DNA from: Thermodesulfobacteriota bacterium
GTDB taxonomy: Bacteria; Desulfobacterota_D; UBA1144
Assembly: GCA_030835345.1 (NCBI GenBank)
Contig: JAURPH010000003.1
Location: 34,124 to 98,123 of the forward strand
Length of the DNA: 64,000 nucleotides
Direction of reading: 5' to 3'
Positions 40,624 to 51,264 of the stretch are shown here, one piece after another (within the stretch, counting starts at the first letter, position 1; each line of letters starts with the position of its first letter). A program made the position numbers and the translations under genes. Under the pieces are notes generated by a model. It was not told the origin of the DNA. It searched no databases and saw nothing but the letters and a program-made list of their open reading frames with translations.

Positions 40624-41292
40624 ATGAAACTTTTTGTAATCCCAGGTGGGGCATTTGTAGAAAACACTTATATTCTAAGCAATGAAAGCTCTAATGAAGT
40701 ACTCTTGGTTGATCCCGGTAGCCAAACCGATGAAATTGAAAAACAGTTAAATGACCTCAAATTTAGTACCATGAAAATCATAAATACTCATGCTCACTTA
40801 GATCATATCTATGGGGTGGAATATTTTAAAAAGAAATATGATGCACTCTTTTTGATACATGAGCTCGAAGTACCAATTGTTGATGTAATGATTGATGCTG
40901 CAAATCGATTCGGTCTAGAAGAGTTTTCAAACCCAGTGATTCCTGAAATAGATGAATTCATCAAAGATAATCAGGAAATAGAGGTGGCGGGTTCAAAATT
41001 TGTAACAATTCATGTTCCAGGACATTCACCTGGTAGCCTGTGTTTTTATTTTTCAAAAAAGTTAAATCCAAAAATAGAAAATGAATTTATAATATGTGGA
41101 GATACTGTATTTGCAGGTAGCATTGGCAGAGTTGATTTAACTGGTGGAACCAACATGAACGATCTAGTCGGAAACATTAAAAGAAGGCTTATGGTACTCC
41201 CAGACGAAACCGTTTTACTCCCTGGCCATGGTCCTGAAACACAAGTTGGAGTAGAGAAACAATCAAATCCTTTTTTATTAGGGTATGAATAA
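40624..41292 (+). CDS. MBL-fold metallo-hydrolase (glyoxalase II-like)
   Basis: 222 aa. THAHLDH (HxHxDH), plus downstream His and Asp ligands. Confidence 0.8.
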   Translation: MKLFVIPGGAFVENTYILSNESSNEVLLVDPGSQTDEIEKQLNDLKFSTMKIINTHAHLDHIYGVEYFKKKYDALFLIHELEVPIVDVMIDAANRFGLEEFSNPVIPEIDEFIKDNQEIEVAGSKFVTIHVPGHSPGSLCFYFSKKLNPKIENEFIICGDTVFAGSIGRVDLTGGTNMNDLVGNIKRRLMVLPDETVLLPGHGPETQVGVEKQSNPFLLGYE

Positions 41293-41561
41293 TGGATTAT
41301 AAATTTATTAAAACTTCCTTTTTTATAGCTATCTGCTTACTGCTAGGAATAATAATTAATGATGTAATTCAGATTTATATTCTCAAAAAAAAGAATTTTG
41401 CCACTATAGAGGAAAACAAATATTTAATAGAAAGAAACAAATTACTAGAAAATGAAATACACTTATTAGAAAACAACGATTCATATATACAATTAATTGC
41501 TAGGAAAAAGTTAGGAATGATAAAAGAAGGCGAGATTGTATATAAGTTTCTAAAGAAATAA
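41292..41561 (+). CDS. ftsB: Septum-formation initiator family protein (FtsB/DivIC-like)
   Basis: 89 aa. N-terminal TM helix and a leucine-zipper-like coiled coil (LLENEIHLLENN). Confidence 0.6.
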   Translation: MDYKFIKTSFFIAICLLLGIIINDVIQIYILKKKNFATIEENKYLIERNKLLENEIHLLENNDSYIQLIARKKLGMIKEGEIVYKFLKK

Positions 41562-41570
41562 ATTTAATAT

Positions 41571-42389
41571 ATGCCAGTAATTAAAAAAGAATTAGCACGA
41601 TTAAATACGTCAGCAAAAAAAAATTATGGCCAAAATTTTTTATCAAATCAATCAAAAATACAGAAAATAGTTGATGAAATACTTAGAAATTCTTCAAGTG
41701 ATATCATAGAAATAGGTCCTGGTCTTGGAGCCATAACTGAACCCTTAGCTTACAAAAAAAGAGATATAATTTGTATTGAAAAAGACAAGGTATTAATTGA
41801 AAGCCTTAAGGAAAAATTTGAATTAAAAAAAAATATAACTTTGATAAATGAAGATGTGCTTAAGATCGATTTCAAATCTATATCCTCTGAGAATTCAATC
41901 ATTGTAGGGAATCTTCCTTACAATATATCTACAAAGATTTTAATAAAGTTTGTTAACGAACTCTATCAAGATACAAACAAAGGCATATTTATGTTTCAAA
42001 GGGAAGTAGCTGATAAAATTATTGCGAAAAAAATAAAAAAAAATCAATTATCTTCAAAAATTAAAATATTCTATAAGGTCCAAGAAATATTGAAGCTTAG
42101 TGAAAATGACTTTTGGCCTCCCCCGAAAATAAAATCAAGTGTATTACTTTTTACTCCAAGAAAGATTGAGCTAAATAATTTAAATATGAAAGATCTAGAT
42201 CAATTTTTGCAATGTGCATTCTATTCAAATAGAAAAAAAATTGTGAATAATCTTTCAAATAAATATGATAAAGATAAAATTTTGTCAATTCTAAAAAATT
42301 TAGGAATTAATGATAAAGCACGCGCAGAGGAAATTGACGAAAAAAGTTTATTGAAAATGTTTATTATGATTAGTAGTAATAAATTTTAG
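41571..42389 (+). CDS. rsmA: 16S rRNA (adenine1518/1519-N6)-dimethyltransferase
   Basis: 272 aa. YGQNFL...EIGPGLGAIT...NLPYNIST are KsgA motifs. Confidence 0.93.
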   Translation: MPVIKKELARLNTSAKKNYGQNFLSNQSKIQKIVDEILRNSSSDIIEIGPGLGAITEPLAYKKRDIICIEKDKVLIESLKEKFELKKNITLINEDVLKIDFKSISSENSIIVGNLPYNISTKILIKFVNELYQDTNKGIFMFQREVADKIIAKKIKKNQLSSKIKIFYKVQEILKLSENDFWPPPKIKSSVLLFTPRKIELNNLNMKDLDQFLQCAFYSNRKKIVNNLSNKYDKDKILSILKNLGINDKARAEEIDEKSLLKMFIMISSNKF

Positions 42390-43590
42390 ATAATAATCTA
42401 TCTATAAAACTTCTGATTGAATAATTGTAATTATTAACTATTATAGAAAAAACATATGTCTCATTATCTTTCCCTTTAAAAAAACCAGATAATGAACTAA
42501 CGCCTTTTATATAACCTGTTTTTGCTCTTAAGTTTAAATATAAAGGCTTATTTTTGAACCTTTTTAATAAAGTTCCATCTTTCCCGGCAATTGGGAGTGA
42601 GTTATAAAAAACCTCGAAATAATCTTGCTTTGTTGCATATTCTAACAACTTTGCGATAGATTTTGTGGTTATCTTGTTATATTTTGAAAGCCCTGAACCA
42701 TCATCTAAATTAAAAGCTTTTGGGTTTAACTTAACTTTTCCAGTTAAAAATCTCCTGGTGATTTTTTGAGAATCTATCCATGAACCCTCAGTTCTCATAT
42801 AATGTGCAGATAATTTTTTGAATAAATGCTCAGCATAGAGGTTATCACTATCTTTATTTACAATATAGACTAGCTCAGACAATGGAGAAGAATTAATTTC
42901 ATAGAGAATTTTAAAAGCCGCAAATTTATCTTTTATAGGTATTTCCTTTAAAACTATATTCCCATTGAAAGCTATACCTTTTGAACGCAAAATTTTTTTA
43001 AATTTAACCCCTAACAAATATAACGGATTGTCAGTTAGCAAAAGTGTATCGCCCGATTTGTAAAGATTATTATCAACTGCAATGGATGAAATATATGGTG
43101 CCCAATAAGAGCCTTTCCATGAGTTCTTCCAATTCTTGTTATATTTGGGTGACTCGAAATAAGTATCATTAATTACAATATTCCCTTGAATAATTTTTAG
43201 ACCTTTTTTTTTGAAATAATTAGCTGCTTTTTTAAGTTTTGAAGAGGATAGAGACGGATCTCCTCTTGAATCAATATAAATATCCCCGGAATAAAGCCCA
43301 TTCTCATCAATTTTATCAAATAAAAAAATATAAGTACTAAATTTAAATTCTTGACCTAATAAATCTAAGGAAGTCAAAGTAGTAATAATTTTCTGATTTG
43401 ATGCTGGAATCATTCTTTTATTGGCACGATGTGAGATAATTACTTCGTTTGTTGAAAGATTCTTGATGAAAATTGATATGTTAGGTGAGATTTCTGCTTG
43501 GCTTTTTACAAGTTCTTTGAGAGTAGCAGATTCAGCAGAAACTAGAAAAATTGATATAAGAAAAATTATTCTTAATGTGCTTCGGACCAT
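42370..43590 (-). CDS. dacB: D-alanyl-D-alanine carboxypeptidase/endopeptidase, PBP4 (S13) family
   Basis: 406 aa. Signal peptide, SNQK (SxxK) and KTG motifs. Confidence 0.78.
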   Translation of the reverse strand: MVRSTLRIIFLISIFLVSAESATLKELVKSQAEISPNISIFIKNLSTNEVIISHRANKRMIPASNQKIITTLTSLDLLGQEFKFSTYIFLFDKIDENGLYSGDIYIDSRGDPSLSSSKLKKAANYFKKKGLKIIQGNIVINDTYFESPKYNKNWKNSWKGSYWAPYISSIAVDNNLYKSGDTLLLTDNPLYLLGVKFKKILRSKGIAFNGNIVLKEIPIKDKFAAFKILYEINSSPLSELVYIVNKDSDNLYAEHLFKKLSAHYMRTEGSWIDSQKITRRFLTGKVKLNPKAFNLDDGSGLSKYNKITTKSIAKLLEYATKQDYFEVFYNSLPIAGKDGTLLKRFKNKPLYLNLRAKTGYIKGVSSLSGFFKGKDNETYVFSIIVNNYNYSIRSFIDRLLSKIYYY

Positions 43591-46235
43591 GAACTACCCT
43601 CCCCTATGTCCACACTCAAAGGCACTTTTAACTGAACTGCCTTTTCCATATGTTCTTTTATTTTCTTTACTACTAAAGAAACTTTATTTTTATCAACTTC
43701 AAATATTAGTTCATCATGCACTTGCATAATTAACCTACAATATTTATTTAACTTTAAATCATTATGGATATGAATCATGGCTATTTTTATAATATCTGCA
43801 GCAGATCCTTGTATAGGTGTATTAATAGCTGCCCTTTCTCCGGCTGATCTTAAAATGAAATTTTTCGATTTAATATCCTTTAAATACCTTCTTCTTTTGG
43901 TCAATGTTTCGACATAACCCTTTCTAACCGCAAACTCAATCATTTCATCAAAAAAAAGTTTCACTCTAGGGTATCTAGCAAAATATTTTTCAATATATTC
44001 TTTAGAGGTTTTAATATCTTGACCAATTTGTAATGAAAGTCGTTTAGGACCTATTCCGTAAATAATTCCAAAATTAATAGTTTTTGCTAACCGTCTTTGA
44101 TCCTCGGAAACATCATCTACAGGAACTCCAAAAATTTCTGCAGCTGTGTTAGAATGGATATCTTCACCATTAACATAACTATTGATCATTACTTCGTCTT
44201 CAGCAAAATGTGCTAATAGCCTTAATTCAATTTGAGAATAATCCGCAGAAATGAGGCAATAATTATCATCTCTTGGAACAAATGACTCTCGAATCCTTTT
44301 ACCCTCATAAGTTTTAATTGGAATGTTCTGCAAGTTAGGATTACTTGAGGATAATCTACCAGTTGAAGTACCAACATGATTATATGATGTATGAAGCATT
44401 TTTGTCTCTTTATTAATTAATTCGGGAAGTGAGTCTAAATAGGTCGATTTTAACTTTGAATAGAATCTAAAAGATAATATGTGCTGAATTACTTCATGTT
44501 GCTCTAACATTGTCTGTAGAGATTCGGAATCAGTTGAAAATTCACCTTTCTTTGTTTTTTTGAATGGTTTTAATTTTAGCTTGTCAAAAATTATTTCTCT
44601 CAATTGAATAGTTGAATTAATATTAAATTCCTCGCCAATAATATTAAATATTTTTTGCTCAATCTCTTTGATTAATAAATTGAATTCTTTTGAAATAATT
44701 GTCAAAGCTGAATCGTCAATATTAACCCCTCTTTGCTCCATTAAACTTAAAACAGATACAAAGGGCATTTCATAATTTAAAAAATTATCAAAAAGTTTTT
44801 CCTTAATCAATTTCTTTTTGAAAAGACTGTAGAGCCTATATGTAATATCAGCATCTTCACACGAATAAACGGTCGCCTCATCAATTGGAACATCACAAAA
44901 AGGAATATTCTTTTTTCCTTTTAAAGTTAAATCTTTATAAGAGATCATTTTATAATCTAAGAATCTTCTTGAAAGGTTATCCAAACTATAACTTTGCAAA
45001 GAACTATCAAGAAAATGAGATGCTATCATAGTATCAAAATATATGCCTTGAAAGTCAATTTCGTACCTATTAAATACTAATTTTTCATACTTCAAATTTT
45101 GACCAATTTTATGTATATCTTTACTTTCCAAAAAACTTTTGAGCTTAAAAAGTACTGACTTCAATTGCAATTGAGTCGTATTTTCTGAATGTGCTAAAGG
45201 AATATAAAAAGCCTCATTTTCTCCGAAAGACATTGAGATTCCTACAATTTCAGCATCAATCGGATTTACAGATGTTGTTTCGAGGTCAATAGAAACCTCC
45301 TTCATTGTTTTAATTAAATTTAACAAATTCGTGAAGTCTTGATTCGTAAGAACTTTATGATAATTTGCATCTTTTGTTAAGGAATCCTCTTTTTTTTCAT
45401 CTTTAATAAATGAGTCAAATTCTAGCTCAGTAAAAATTAAATTTAACTTTTCTTCGTCTGGAGAAGTTATCTTAAAATCATTGATTTTAGAAGTAACCTC
45501 TAAACCTGTATTAATTGTAACTAGTTGCTTACTTAAAAAAGCCTCATCTTTAAAATCACTAAGTAAATTTCTTATTCTATCCTTTTGGATTCTATCTAAA
45601 GAGCCATATAAATTATCCAGATTTTCAAACTCTTCCATTAACAATAGTGCAGTCTTTGGCCCTATGCCTTTTACTCCTGGAATATTGTCGATTGCATCAC
45701 CAACTAGTGCAAAATAATCAATCATTTGATTGGGATTTAAACCATATTTGTTAAAAACCTCTTTGGGCCCCATAACTTTATTTTTCATTGTATCTATCAT
45801 AGAAACAGAGGGTCCTATTAATTGAGTGAAATCTTTGTCCCCCGATAAAATTTTAATATTAAGTTTATTTTTATACTTTTCAGAAATTGAACCAATAATA
45901 TCATCGGCCTCATAATTTTCCATAGATAAAACTTTTATTCCGCGAGCTTGAAGATAATCTATTATTTTTGGGAATTGTAAAGAGATATCTTCCGGGGCAT
46001 CACCTCTATTTGCCTTATAGTCTGGGAAAAGATCATTTCGAAATGATTTTCCACCCGAATCAAAAACTGCAACAAAGTAGTCTGGATTGTTCTCTGAGAT
46101 AAATTTATTAATCATATTAATAAATCCAAAAACAGCATTTGTAGGAAAGCCTTTTGAGTTTGTTAGATATCCAATTGCATGATATGCCCTAAATACATAT
46201 GAGCTAGCATCTAAGATATATAGATTATCAGCCAT
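43572..46235 (-). CDS. polA: DNA polymerase I
   Basis: 887 aa. 5'-3' exonuclease, 3'-5' exonuclease and polymerase domains (RRLAKTINFGIIYG, QVHDELIFE). Confidence 0.97.
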   Translation of the reverse strand: MADNLYILDASSYVFRAYHAIGYLTNSKGFPTNAVFGFINMINKFISENNPDYFVAVFDSGGKSFRNDLFPDYKANRGDAPEDISLQFPKIIDYLQARGIKVLSMENYEADDIIGSISEKYKNKLNIKILSGDKDFTQLIGPSVSMIDTMKNKVMGPKEVFNKYGLNPNQMIDYFALVGDAIDNIPGVKGIGPKTALLLMEEFENLDNLYGSLDRIQKDRIRNLLSDFKDEAFLSKQLVTINTGLEVTSKINDFKITSPDEEKLNLIFTELEFDSFIKDEKKEDSLTKDANYHKVLTNQDFTNLLNLIKTMKEVSIDLETTSVNPIDAEIVGISMSFGENEAFYIPLAHSENTTQLQLKSVLFKLKSFLESKDIHKIGQNLKYEKLVFNRYEIDFQGIYFDTMIASHFLDSSLQSYSLDNLSRRFLDYKMISYKDLTLKGKKNIPFCDVPIDEATVYSCEDADITYRLYSLFKKKLIKEKLFDNFLNYEMPFVSVLSLMEQRGVNIDDSALTIISKEFNLLIKEIEQKIFNIIGEEFNINSTIQLREIIFDKLKLKPFKKTKKGEFSTDSESLQTMLEQHEVIQHILSFRFYSKLKSTYLDSLPELINKETKMLHTSYNHVGTSTGRLSSSNPNLQNIPIKTYEGKRIRESFVPRDDNYCLISADYSQIELRLLAHFAEDEVMINSYVNGEDIHSNTAAEIFGVPVDDVSEDQRRLAKTINFGIIYGIGPKRLSLQIGQDIKTSKEYIEKYFARYPRVKLFFDEMIEFAVRKGYVETLTKRRRYLKDIKSKNFILRSAGERAAINTPIQGSAADIIKIAMIHIHNDLKLNKYCRLIMQVHDELIFEVDKNKVSLVVKKIKEHMEKAVQLKVPLSVDIGEGSSWSEAH

Positions 46236-46546
46236 TAACTATTAAGCTTAGCTTCTAGTTCCCCATTTTCCATCATTTCAATGCAAATATCACAACCACC
46301 AACAAATTCTCCGTTAATATAAAGTTGTGGTATGGTAGGCCACTGAGAAAAATCTTTAATCCCTTGTCTTAAATTAGGATCAGACAATACATCAAAAGTA
46401 ATATAGATTGCCCCAACTTGGTTAAGAATTTGGATAACCTTTGCAGAAAATCCACACATTGGTGATTCCGGGGTTCCTTTCATGTAAAGAACAACCTTGT
46501 TTTCTTTTATCGTCTTACTTATTGTCTCTGATATGGTATCACTCAT
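46235..46546 (-). CDS. grxD: Monothiol glutaredoxin (Grx4 family)
   Basis: 103 aa. The active site is CGFS. Confidence 0.92.
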   Translation of the reverse strand: MSDTISETISKTIKENKVVLYMKGTPESPMCGFSAKVIQILNQVGAIYITFDVLSDPNLRQGIKDFSQWPTIPQLYINGEFVGGCDICIEMMENGELEAKLNS

Positions 46547-46549
46547 ATA

Positions 46550-46783
46550 TCACTCCTTATTATATTCTTCTTTTGTTAATGTTTTCATCGATAAAGCATG
46601 AATTTGTTCTTTCATCTCTTCCTGTAAAACCGAGTATACCAACTTGTGCCTTTCAAGAGTATTTTTACCTTCAAATTGAGAGCATACAATTATTGCTTCA
46701 AAATGTGTACCATCACCAGTAATATCCACATTAGAGTCAGTTAGATTCTGTTCGATTTTTTCTTTAATATATTTTTCATCCAT
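46550..46783 (-). CDS. bolA: BolA family protein
   Basis: 77 aa. ...GDGTHFEAIIVCSQFEG...RHKLVY is the BolA fold. Confidence 0.85.
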   Translation of the reverse strand: MDEKYIKEKIEQNLTDSNVDITGDGTHFEAIIVCSQFEGKNTLERHKLVYSVLQEEMKEQIHALSMKTLTKEEYNKE

Positions 46784-46797
46784 ATATATATTATAAC

Positions 46798-48045
46798 TTA
46801 AAATAAAAGGCCAGAGATATTAGATATAAAAATTATTGTAAATAATATCAAAAAAATAATTCCTATAATTGACAAAAATTTCAAAAAACTATTTGGTTTA
46901 TAATTAGTTGGAAACGAATCACTAAATACCAACTTGTAATTTAGTATTGCCAAAAAAGGAGCTGTGAGAAACGATAAGATAGTTGCTATATCAACTAAAG
47001 ATTTCATCTGTGCTCCAAAGAAGAAAATTGTAACTATTGTTCCAAGGGCAACAAAAGATAAAAAAGGAAAGTTATTCCTTCGTGGTATCGTTTCTTCAAT
47101 GCTAAAAATTAATGAGAAACATTTTGATAAAACTTTTGGGAATGCATCGAGACAGGTAAGAGTAGTACTAAACATCGTTGAAAAAGCAGTCAAAAGTATT
47201 AACTGTTTGGCCCACAAACCTAACGAAGCATACAATTGAACCAATTGATCAACAAACATAGCAGAATTTGGAGCAAATTCTTCACCTGAACCATAAAATA
47301 CATTCGCCCCTAAGATTAAAAAAACACAAGCCAAGAATGTAGTCCATATATAAGAAAAATTAAAATCAAATTTGTTATCATCGTAGGAAACTATCTCTCC
47401 CTGATCTCTTTTTTCCATTATCCATATTGAAGACCATGCGGACAGATCTATAGGTGAAGGCATCCAGCCTACTAAAGCAATTAAAAAAGTAATCCCAGTA
47501 TAAGAAATAATTTTAGGTGCAATAAATCCGTTTAAGTTGTCAATATTTATATTAGTAGTCAGAAAAAGAGATATTATTGATGATAATATTAAAATTGAAA
47601 CTAAAATCTTAATAAAATTATTAAAATATTTTCTTTTCAAAAAAAGAATTATTAGAATACACAAGGTTAAAATTAAAACTGAACAATATACAAATGACAA
47701 ATCTAATTGTAACCAGTTTTTAAAAATTGCCGCTGTAACTCTTGTTACTCCTGCTTGAATTGTGAACATTGTTAGAAGGGTTAATATGGTAAAAAGATAT
47801 ATAGCGAATTTCCCTAACTTTTGATATCCATCGAGAACTGTCTCGTTTCTAACAGCTGTATATCTAGTAGCAAATTCAAAAAAAGGATATTTAAATAAAT
47901 TTGCAAGTAAAACAGCTATTAGTAGAATATACCCGTAAGTCGCTCCTGCCCTTGTTGACTGAACTATATGAGAAACACCTATAGCAGCTGAAGCCCATAG
48001 GAGGCAAGGACCTAAACTTTTTAATTTCTTTGAAAAATTAATCAT
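46798..48045 (-). CDS. Divergent NRAMP-fold transporter lacking the canonical DPGN/MPH metal-site motifs
   Basis: 415 aa. Residues 12-60 align to NRAMP TM1-TM2 (GPCLLWASAAIGVSHIVQSTRAGATYGY versus [28 protein letters not shown]). DPGN is replaced by GVSH. The TM6 equivalent is LGANVFYG rather than GAVIMPHN. Confidence 0.6.
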   Translation of the reverse strand: MINFSKKLKSLGPCLLWASAAIGVSHIVQSTRAGATYGYILLIAVLLANLFKYPFFEFATRYTAVRNETVLDGYQKLGKFAIYLFTILTLLTMFTIQAGVTRVTAAIFKNWLQLDLSFVYCSVLILTLCILIILFLKRKYFNNFIKILVSILILSSIISLFLTTNINIDNLNGFIAPKIISYTGITFLIALVGWMPSPIDLSAWSSIWIMEKRDQGEIVSYDDNKFDFNFSYIWTTFLACVFLILGANVFYGSGEEFAPNSAMFVDQLVQLYASLGLWAKQLILLTAFSTMFSTTLTCLDAFPKVLSKCFSLIFSIEETIPRRNNFPFLSFVALGTIVTIFFFGAQMKSLVDIATILSFLTAPFLAILNYKLVFSDSFPTNYKPNSFLKFLSIIGIIFLILFTIIFISNISGLLF

Positions 48046-48084
48046 TTTTATTAATATATACAGAAACTTAGTTAAAATAAAAAA

Positions 48085-49041
48085 ATGAAAAAAATTTCAA
48101 TTATAGGAACAGGCTTAAGTGCCATATTCTCTGCCATACATTTGAGGAAAAACACAGATTTAGAAATTAATCTTTTCGATAAAGCAAGAGGATTAGGGGG
48201 AAGATTGGCTACTAGAAGAGCTGAAGGTGGTAAATTTGATCATGGTGCCCAATATTTTACCATCGAAACAATTAATAACCTTCCAGAAATCCAGATGCTA
48301 ATAAATGAAGGTGTAATTAAAAATATAGATGATAAAGATATTTATTTTTCGCCAGATGGAATGACAAATATTGCAAAAAAATTATTAATGGATTTTAATA
48401 TACACAAAGAACACAAGCTGATTTCAATTGATAAAAAAAATGAAGCTTATAAATTATTTTTTGAAAATGGTTCAACATTTGATTCTGATTATATTATAAT
48501 GTCGTGCCCTATGCCACAATCTTTAGAAATTTTAGATAAAAGTAAGATTGATTACAATAACAACTTAACCAAAGACTTGGGGGATTTAAGTTATTTCCCA
48601 TGCATTGTAGTTATGATTAAGTCTGAAATGAAACTATCTAAATTAAATAAACATATTGGGACAGATGTTAGCAGCGGAAACATATCTTGGATAGGGGATA
48701 ATCATCGTAAGAAGGTTTCTAGTATCGAAAATTATTATACAATTCAATGCTCTCCTGAATTTAGTTTTGAAAATTTTGACAATGAATACGAGGAAACCAA
48801 CGAAAAATTAAAACATGAAATAGAGGATATTTTTGGTTCCGATTATCAAATATTGTCTAACCATAAATGGAGATATTCTATTCCTAAAAATTTCTATCAA
48901 GGGGACAATTCCCTAGTTATAAATGAAAAAAACTTTCTTGGTTTATGTGGGGACATATTTACCAATGGAAGGTTCGATGGAGCAATAACTTCTGGTTTAT
49001 CAATAGCAGATAAATTTTTAAACAATGAACTTCAAAAATAA
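48085..49041 (+). CDS. Renalase-like NAD(P)/FAD-dependent oxidoreductase
   Basis: 318 aa. IGTGLSAIFSA...DKARGLGGRLATRR...FDHGAQYFT. Confidence 0.65.
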   Translation: MKKISIIGTGLSAIFSAIHLRKNTDLEINLFDKARGLGGRLATRRAEGGKFDHGAQYFTIETINNLPEIQMLINEGVIKNIDDKDIYFSPDGMTNIAKKLLMDFNIHKEHKLISIDKKNEAYKLFFENGSTFDSDYIIMSCPMPQSLEILDKSKIDYNNNLTKDLGDLSYFPCIVVMIKSEMKLSKLNKHIGTDVSSGNISWIGDNHRKKVSSIENYYTIQCSPEFSFENFDNEYEETNEKLKHEIEDIFGSDYQILSNHKWRYSIPKNFYQGDNSLVINEKNFLGLCGDIFTNGRFDGAITSGLSIADKFLNNELQK

Positions 49042-50074
49042 AAAACTTTCATTTGGAATCTCATATATAGGACTAATAGTTGTATTCTGTATGGCTGGCT
49101 TATTTTACGATTTTTCATACTTGTTCAAGATTTCAAATCATCAAACTTTGAATATTATTTTTTTTGTTTTTTTCTTAAATGTTATTTTCTTACCTTTTGA
49201 TTTTTTATCTGATAGAGCTTTAAATTCAATAAAAAAAATTACTTTTAAAAAAATCTTACTAGGTAAATTTTTTATATTAATAACCTTCTTAATTTTTTCA
49301 TTTATTCTCATAACAATATACGAAAAAAAGAATCTCTATTTATTTCTTTTCTATTGCTTTATTTCCCAAATTTTTCTCCTTATTCTTCAAGGAAAAATAA
49401 TAAAAATATTTTTAAATACCGAACAATTTTCAAAAGATTCTTTTGTCCTAAAAACATCAGAAGAATATCTAACCTTCAATATTGTCTTTAGTCTATTTAA
49501 ACAAATGATAGTAATACCAAACCATTGGTTAAAGAATGACGATAAAAATCTTAAATTCCATTTGAAAAGATTTAATATTTATATAAAAGAGAAAATTTAT
49601 TTAAAATCTGTTTGCGTCGCTTCTATAATAAATTTAATAACATACAGCTTTACATTTTATTACTTATTAGATAAATATCATGATTCTTTAGCTTTTATTT
49701 ATAACTTTACTTTAATGTCAAATGTAATTTGCTTCTTCTACATTCTAATTTTGCCCCTAATAAGTAAGAAAGGTATTCTGATGATTGATAAAAGAATGAA
49801 GAATGAAAATGAATTATTGTTCCAGGAAAATCTAGAAATATTTGAAAGAAACCAAGATAAAAATGACAATAGAAACAAGTTCGTTGAAATGATATTTTAC
49901 CCAGTTCCATCAACCACATCGCGAATGAACTGTGAGGTTTCAAATAGCTTCGGATATCCCAATATTTCAAGAATAATAATTTTTTTAGCAAGCTGCTTTC
50001 TTTCGATAATATTCAAAGGAGTTCATGGAAATGCTGGTAAACCATTAAACTGGCTTCTTCCTCCTTCAGAATGA
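49025..50074 (+). CDS. Polytopic membrane protein with a C-terminal soluble domain, unknown function
   Basis: 349 aa, about 7 predicted TM helices. Overlaps the upstream gene by 17 nt and the downstream gene by 4 nt (ATGA). Confidence 0.45.
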   Translation: MNFKNKKLSFGISYIGLIVVFCMAGLFYDFSYLFKISNHQTLNIIFFVFFLNVIFLPFDFLSDRALNSIKKITFKKILLGKFFILITFLIFSFILITIYEKKNLYLFLFYCFISQIFLLILQGKIIKIFLNTEQFSKDSFVLKTSEEYLTFNIVFSLFKQMIVIPNHWLKNDDKNLKFHLKRFNIYIKEKIYLKSVCVASIINLITYSFTFYYLLDKYHDSLAFIYNFTLMSNVICFFYILILPLISKKGILMIDKRMKNENELLFQENLEIFERNQDKNDNRNKFVEMIFYPVPSTTSRMNCEVSNSFGYPNISRIIIFLASCFLSIIFKGVHGNAGKPLNWLLPPSE

Positions 50075-51264
50075 ACTATAATTTTTCAACAATAATTATA
50101 GGAGCTGGGTTAACTGGACTATCAACTGCTGCTCTTTTACAAAAAAAACAAAAAGATTATTTTCTACTAGAAAAAAATACTACAATTGGTGGCAAAATTG
50201 GTAGTTCAAATGTTGATGGTTGGCCAATTGATCATGGTTTTCATGTTTTTATTAAAGAATATCCCAATCTATCACTCTTCCCTGACTTAAAACAATGTAA
50301 ATTAATAAATTTTGAGCCAGGTTTTATCATAATTAAAAATCAAAAAGCTTATAAAAATGTAAATATTTTCAAGAAATTTTTTGATGGATTACTCTATAAT
50401 CATTTTCCTGGTTTTTCATTAAAAGATAAATTTTTAATTCTAAAACTAAGTTTAATGCCTCCAAAAAACCTACCTAAGAACGATAGCGTTTTAGATTTCT
50501 TAAGTGAATATGGATTTTCAAAAGAATTTATTAATGATTTTTTTGTTAATTTTTTTGAAGGTGTTTTTTTGGATAAAAAATTAGATGTACCTCTTTGGTA
50601 CTTCTTATTTATCTTTAAAATGTTTTCCATAAGTGATGTAGGTCTACCTGTGGGAGGAATTCAGGAAATAATTTCGATTATTTCAAAGAGAATCCCTGAA
50701 TCTAAAATAAAAACCGGTGTGTCAATTAGTGAGATTTATAAAAATAAAATTATTACGAATGAAGGAAATGAATATCACTTTAAGAAACTTGTATGTACCG
50801 ATTCATCATTAGAAAAAAAATTTGATGTTGCTATCAGGAGAAATCTTTTTGATGAAATATATTATAATTCAACCAAATGTTTTTACTTTATTGTAAAGCC
50901 GGAAAATAATCAGGAGAACATTATTCATTTATTACCTCAATCCAAAACTATATCAAACCTTTATTTTAGAAGAAAAAATAATAAGGAAATGCTAATGTCT
51001 GTATCTACCTTAAACAGCGAAGCTACTATTGAAGATATTAAAAAACAAATATTAGAACATTTTCCTAAAATAAATATAATTAAATTCTATCGATCTTTTG
51101 AAATAAAAAAAGCCTTACCAAGAAATAAAAAGTTTTTTAATTTTAACAATGAAAATTTTTGTAAATATAATGAAAATATTTTTTTTGCTGGAGATTTTTT
51201 ATCTAGCCCTTCAGTTAATGGTTGCCTAGAATCTAGTAAAAGTTTAGTGAGGTTTTTATCTTAA
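50071..51264 (+). CDS. FAD-dependent oxidoreductase, amine-oxidase/desaturase-like
   Basis: 397 aa. N-terminal IIIGAGLTGLSTA...EKNTTIGGKI is the dinucleotide-binding motif. C-terminal FFAGDFLSSPSVNGCLESS is typical of the amine-oxidase fold. Confidence 0.65.
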   Translation: MNYNFSTIIIGAGLTGLSTAALLQKKQKDYFLLEKNTTIGGKIGSSNVDGWPIDHGFHVFIKEYPNLSLFPDLKQCKLINFEPGFIIIKNQKAYKNVNIFKKFFDGLLYNHFPGFSLKDKFLILKLSLMPPKNLPKNDSVLDFLSEYGFSKEFINDFFVNFFEGVFLDKKLDVPLWYFLFIFKMFSISDVGLPVGGIQEIISIISKRIPESKIKTGVSISEIYKNKIITNEGNEYHFKKLVCTDSSLEKKFDVAIRRNLFDEIYYNSTKCFYFIVKPENNQENIIHLLPQSKTISNLYFRRKNNKEMLMSVSTLNSEATIEDIKKQILEHFPKINIIKFYRSFEIKKALPRNKKFFNFNNENFCKYNENIFFAGDFLSSPSVNGCLESSKSLVRFLS

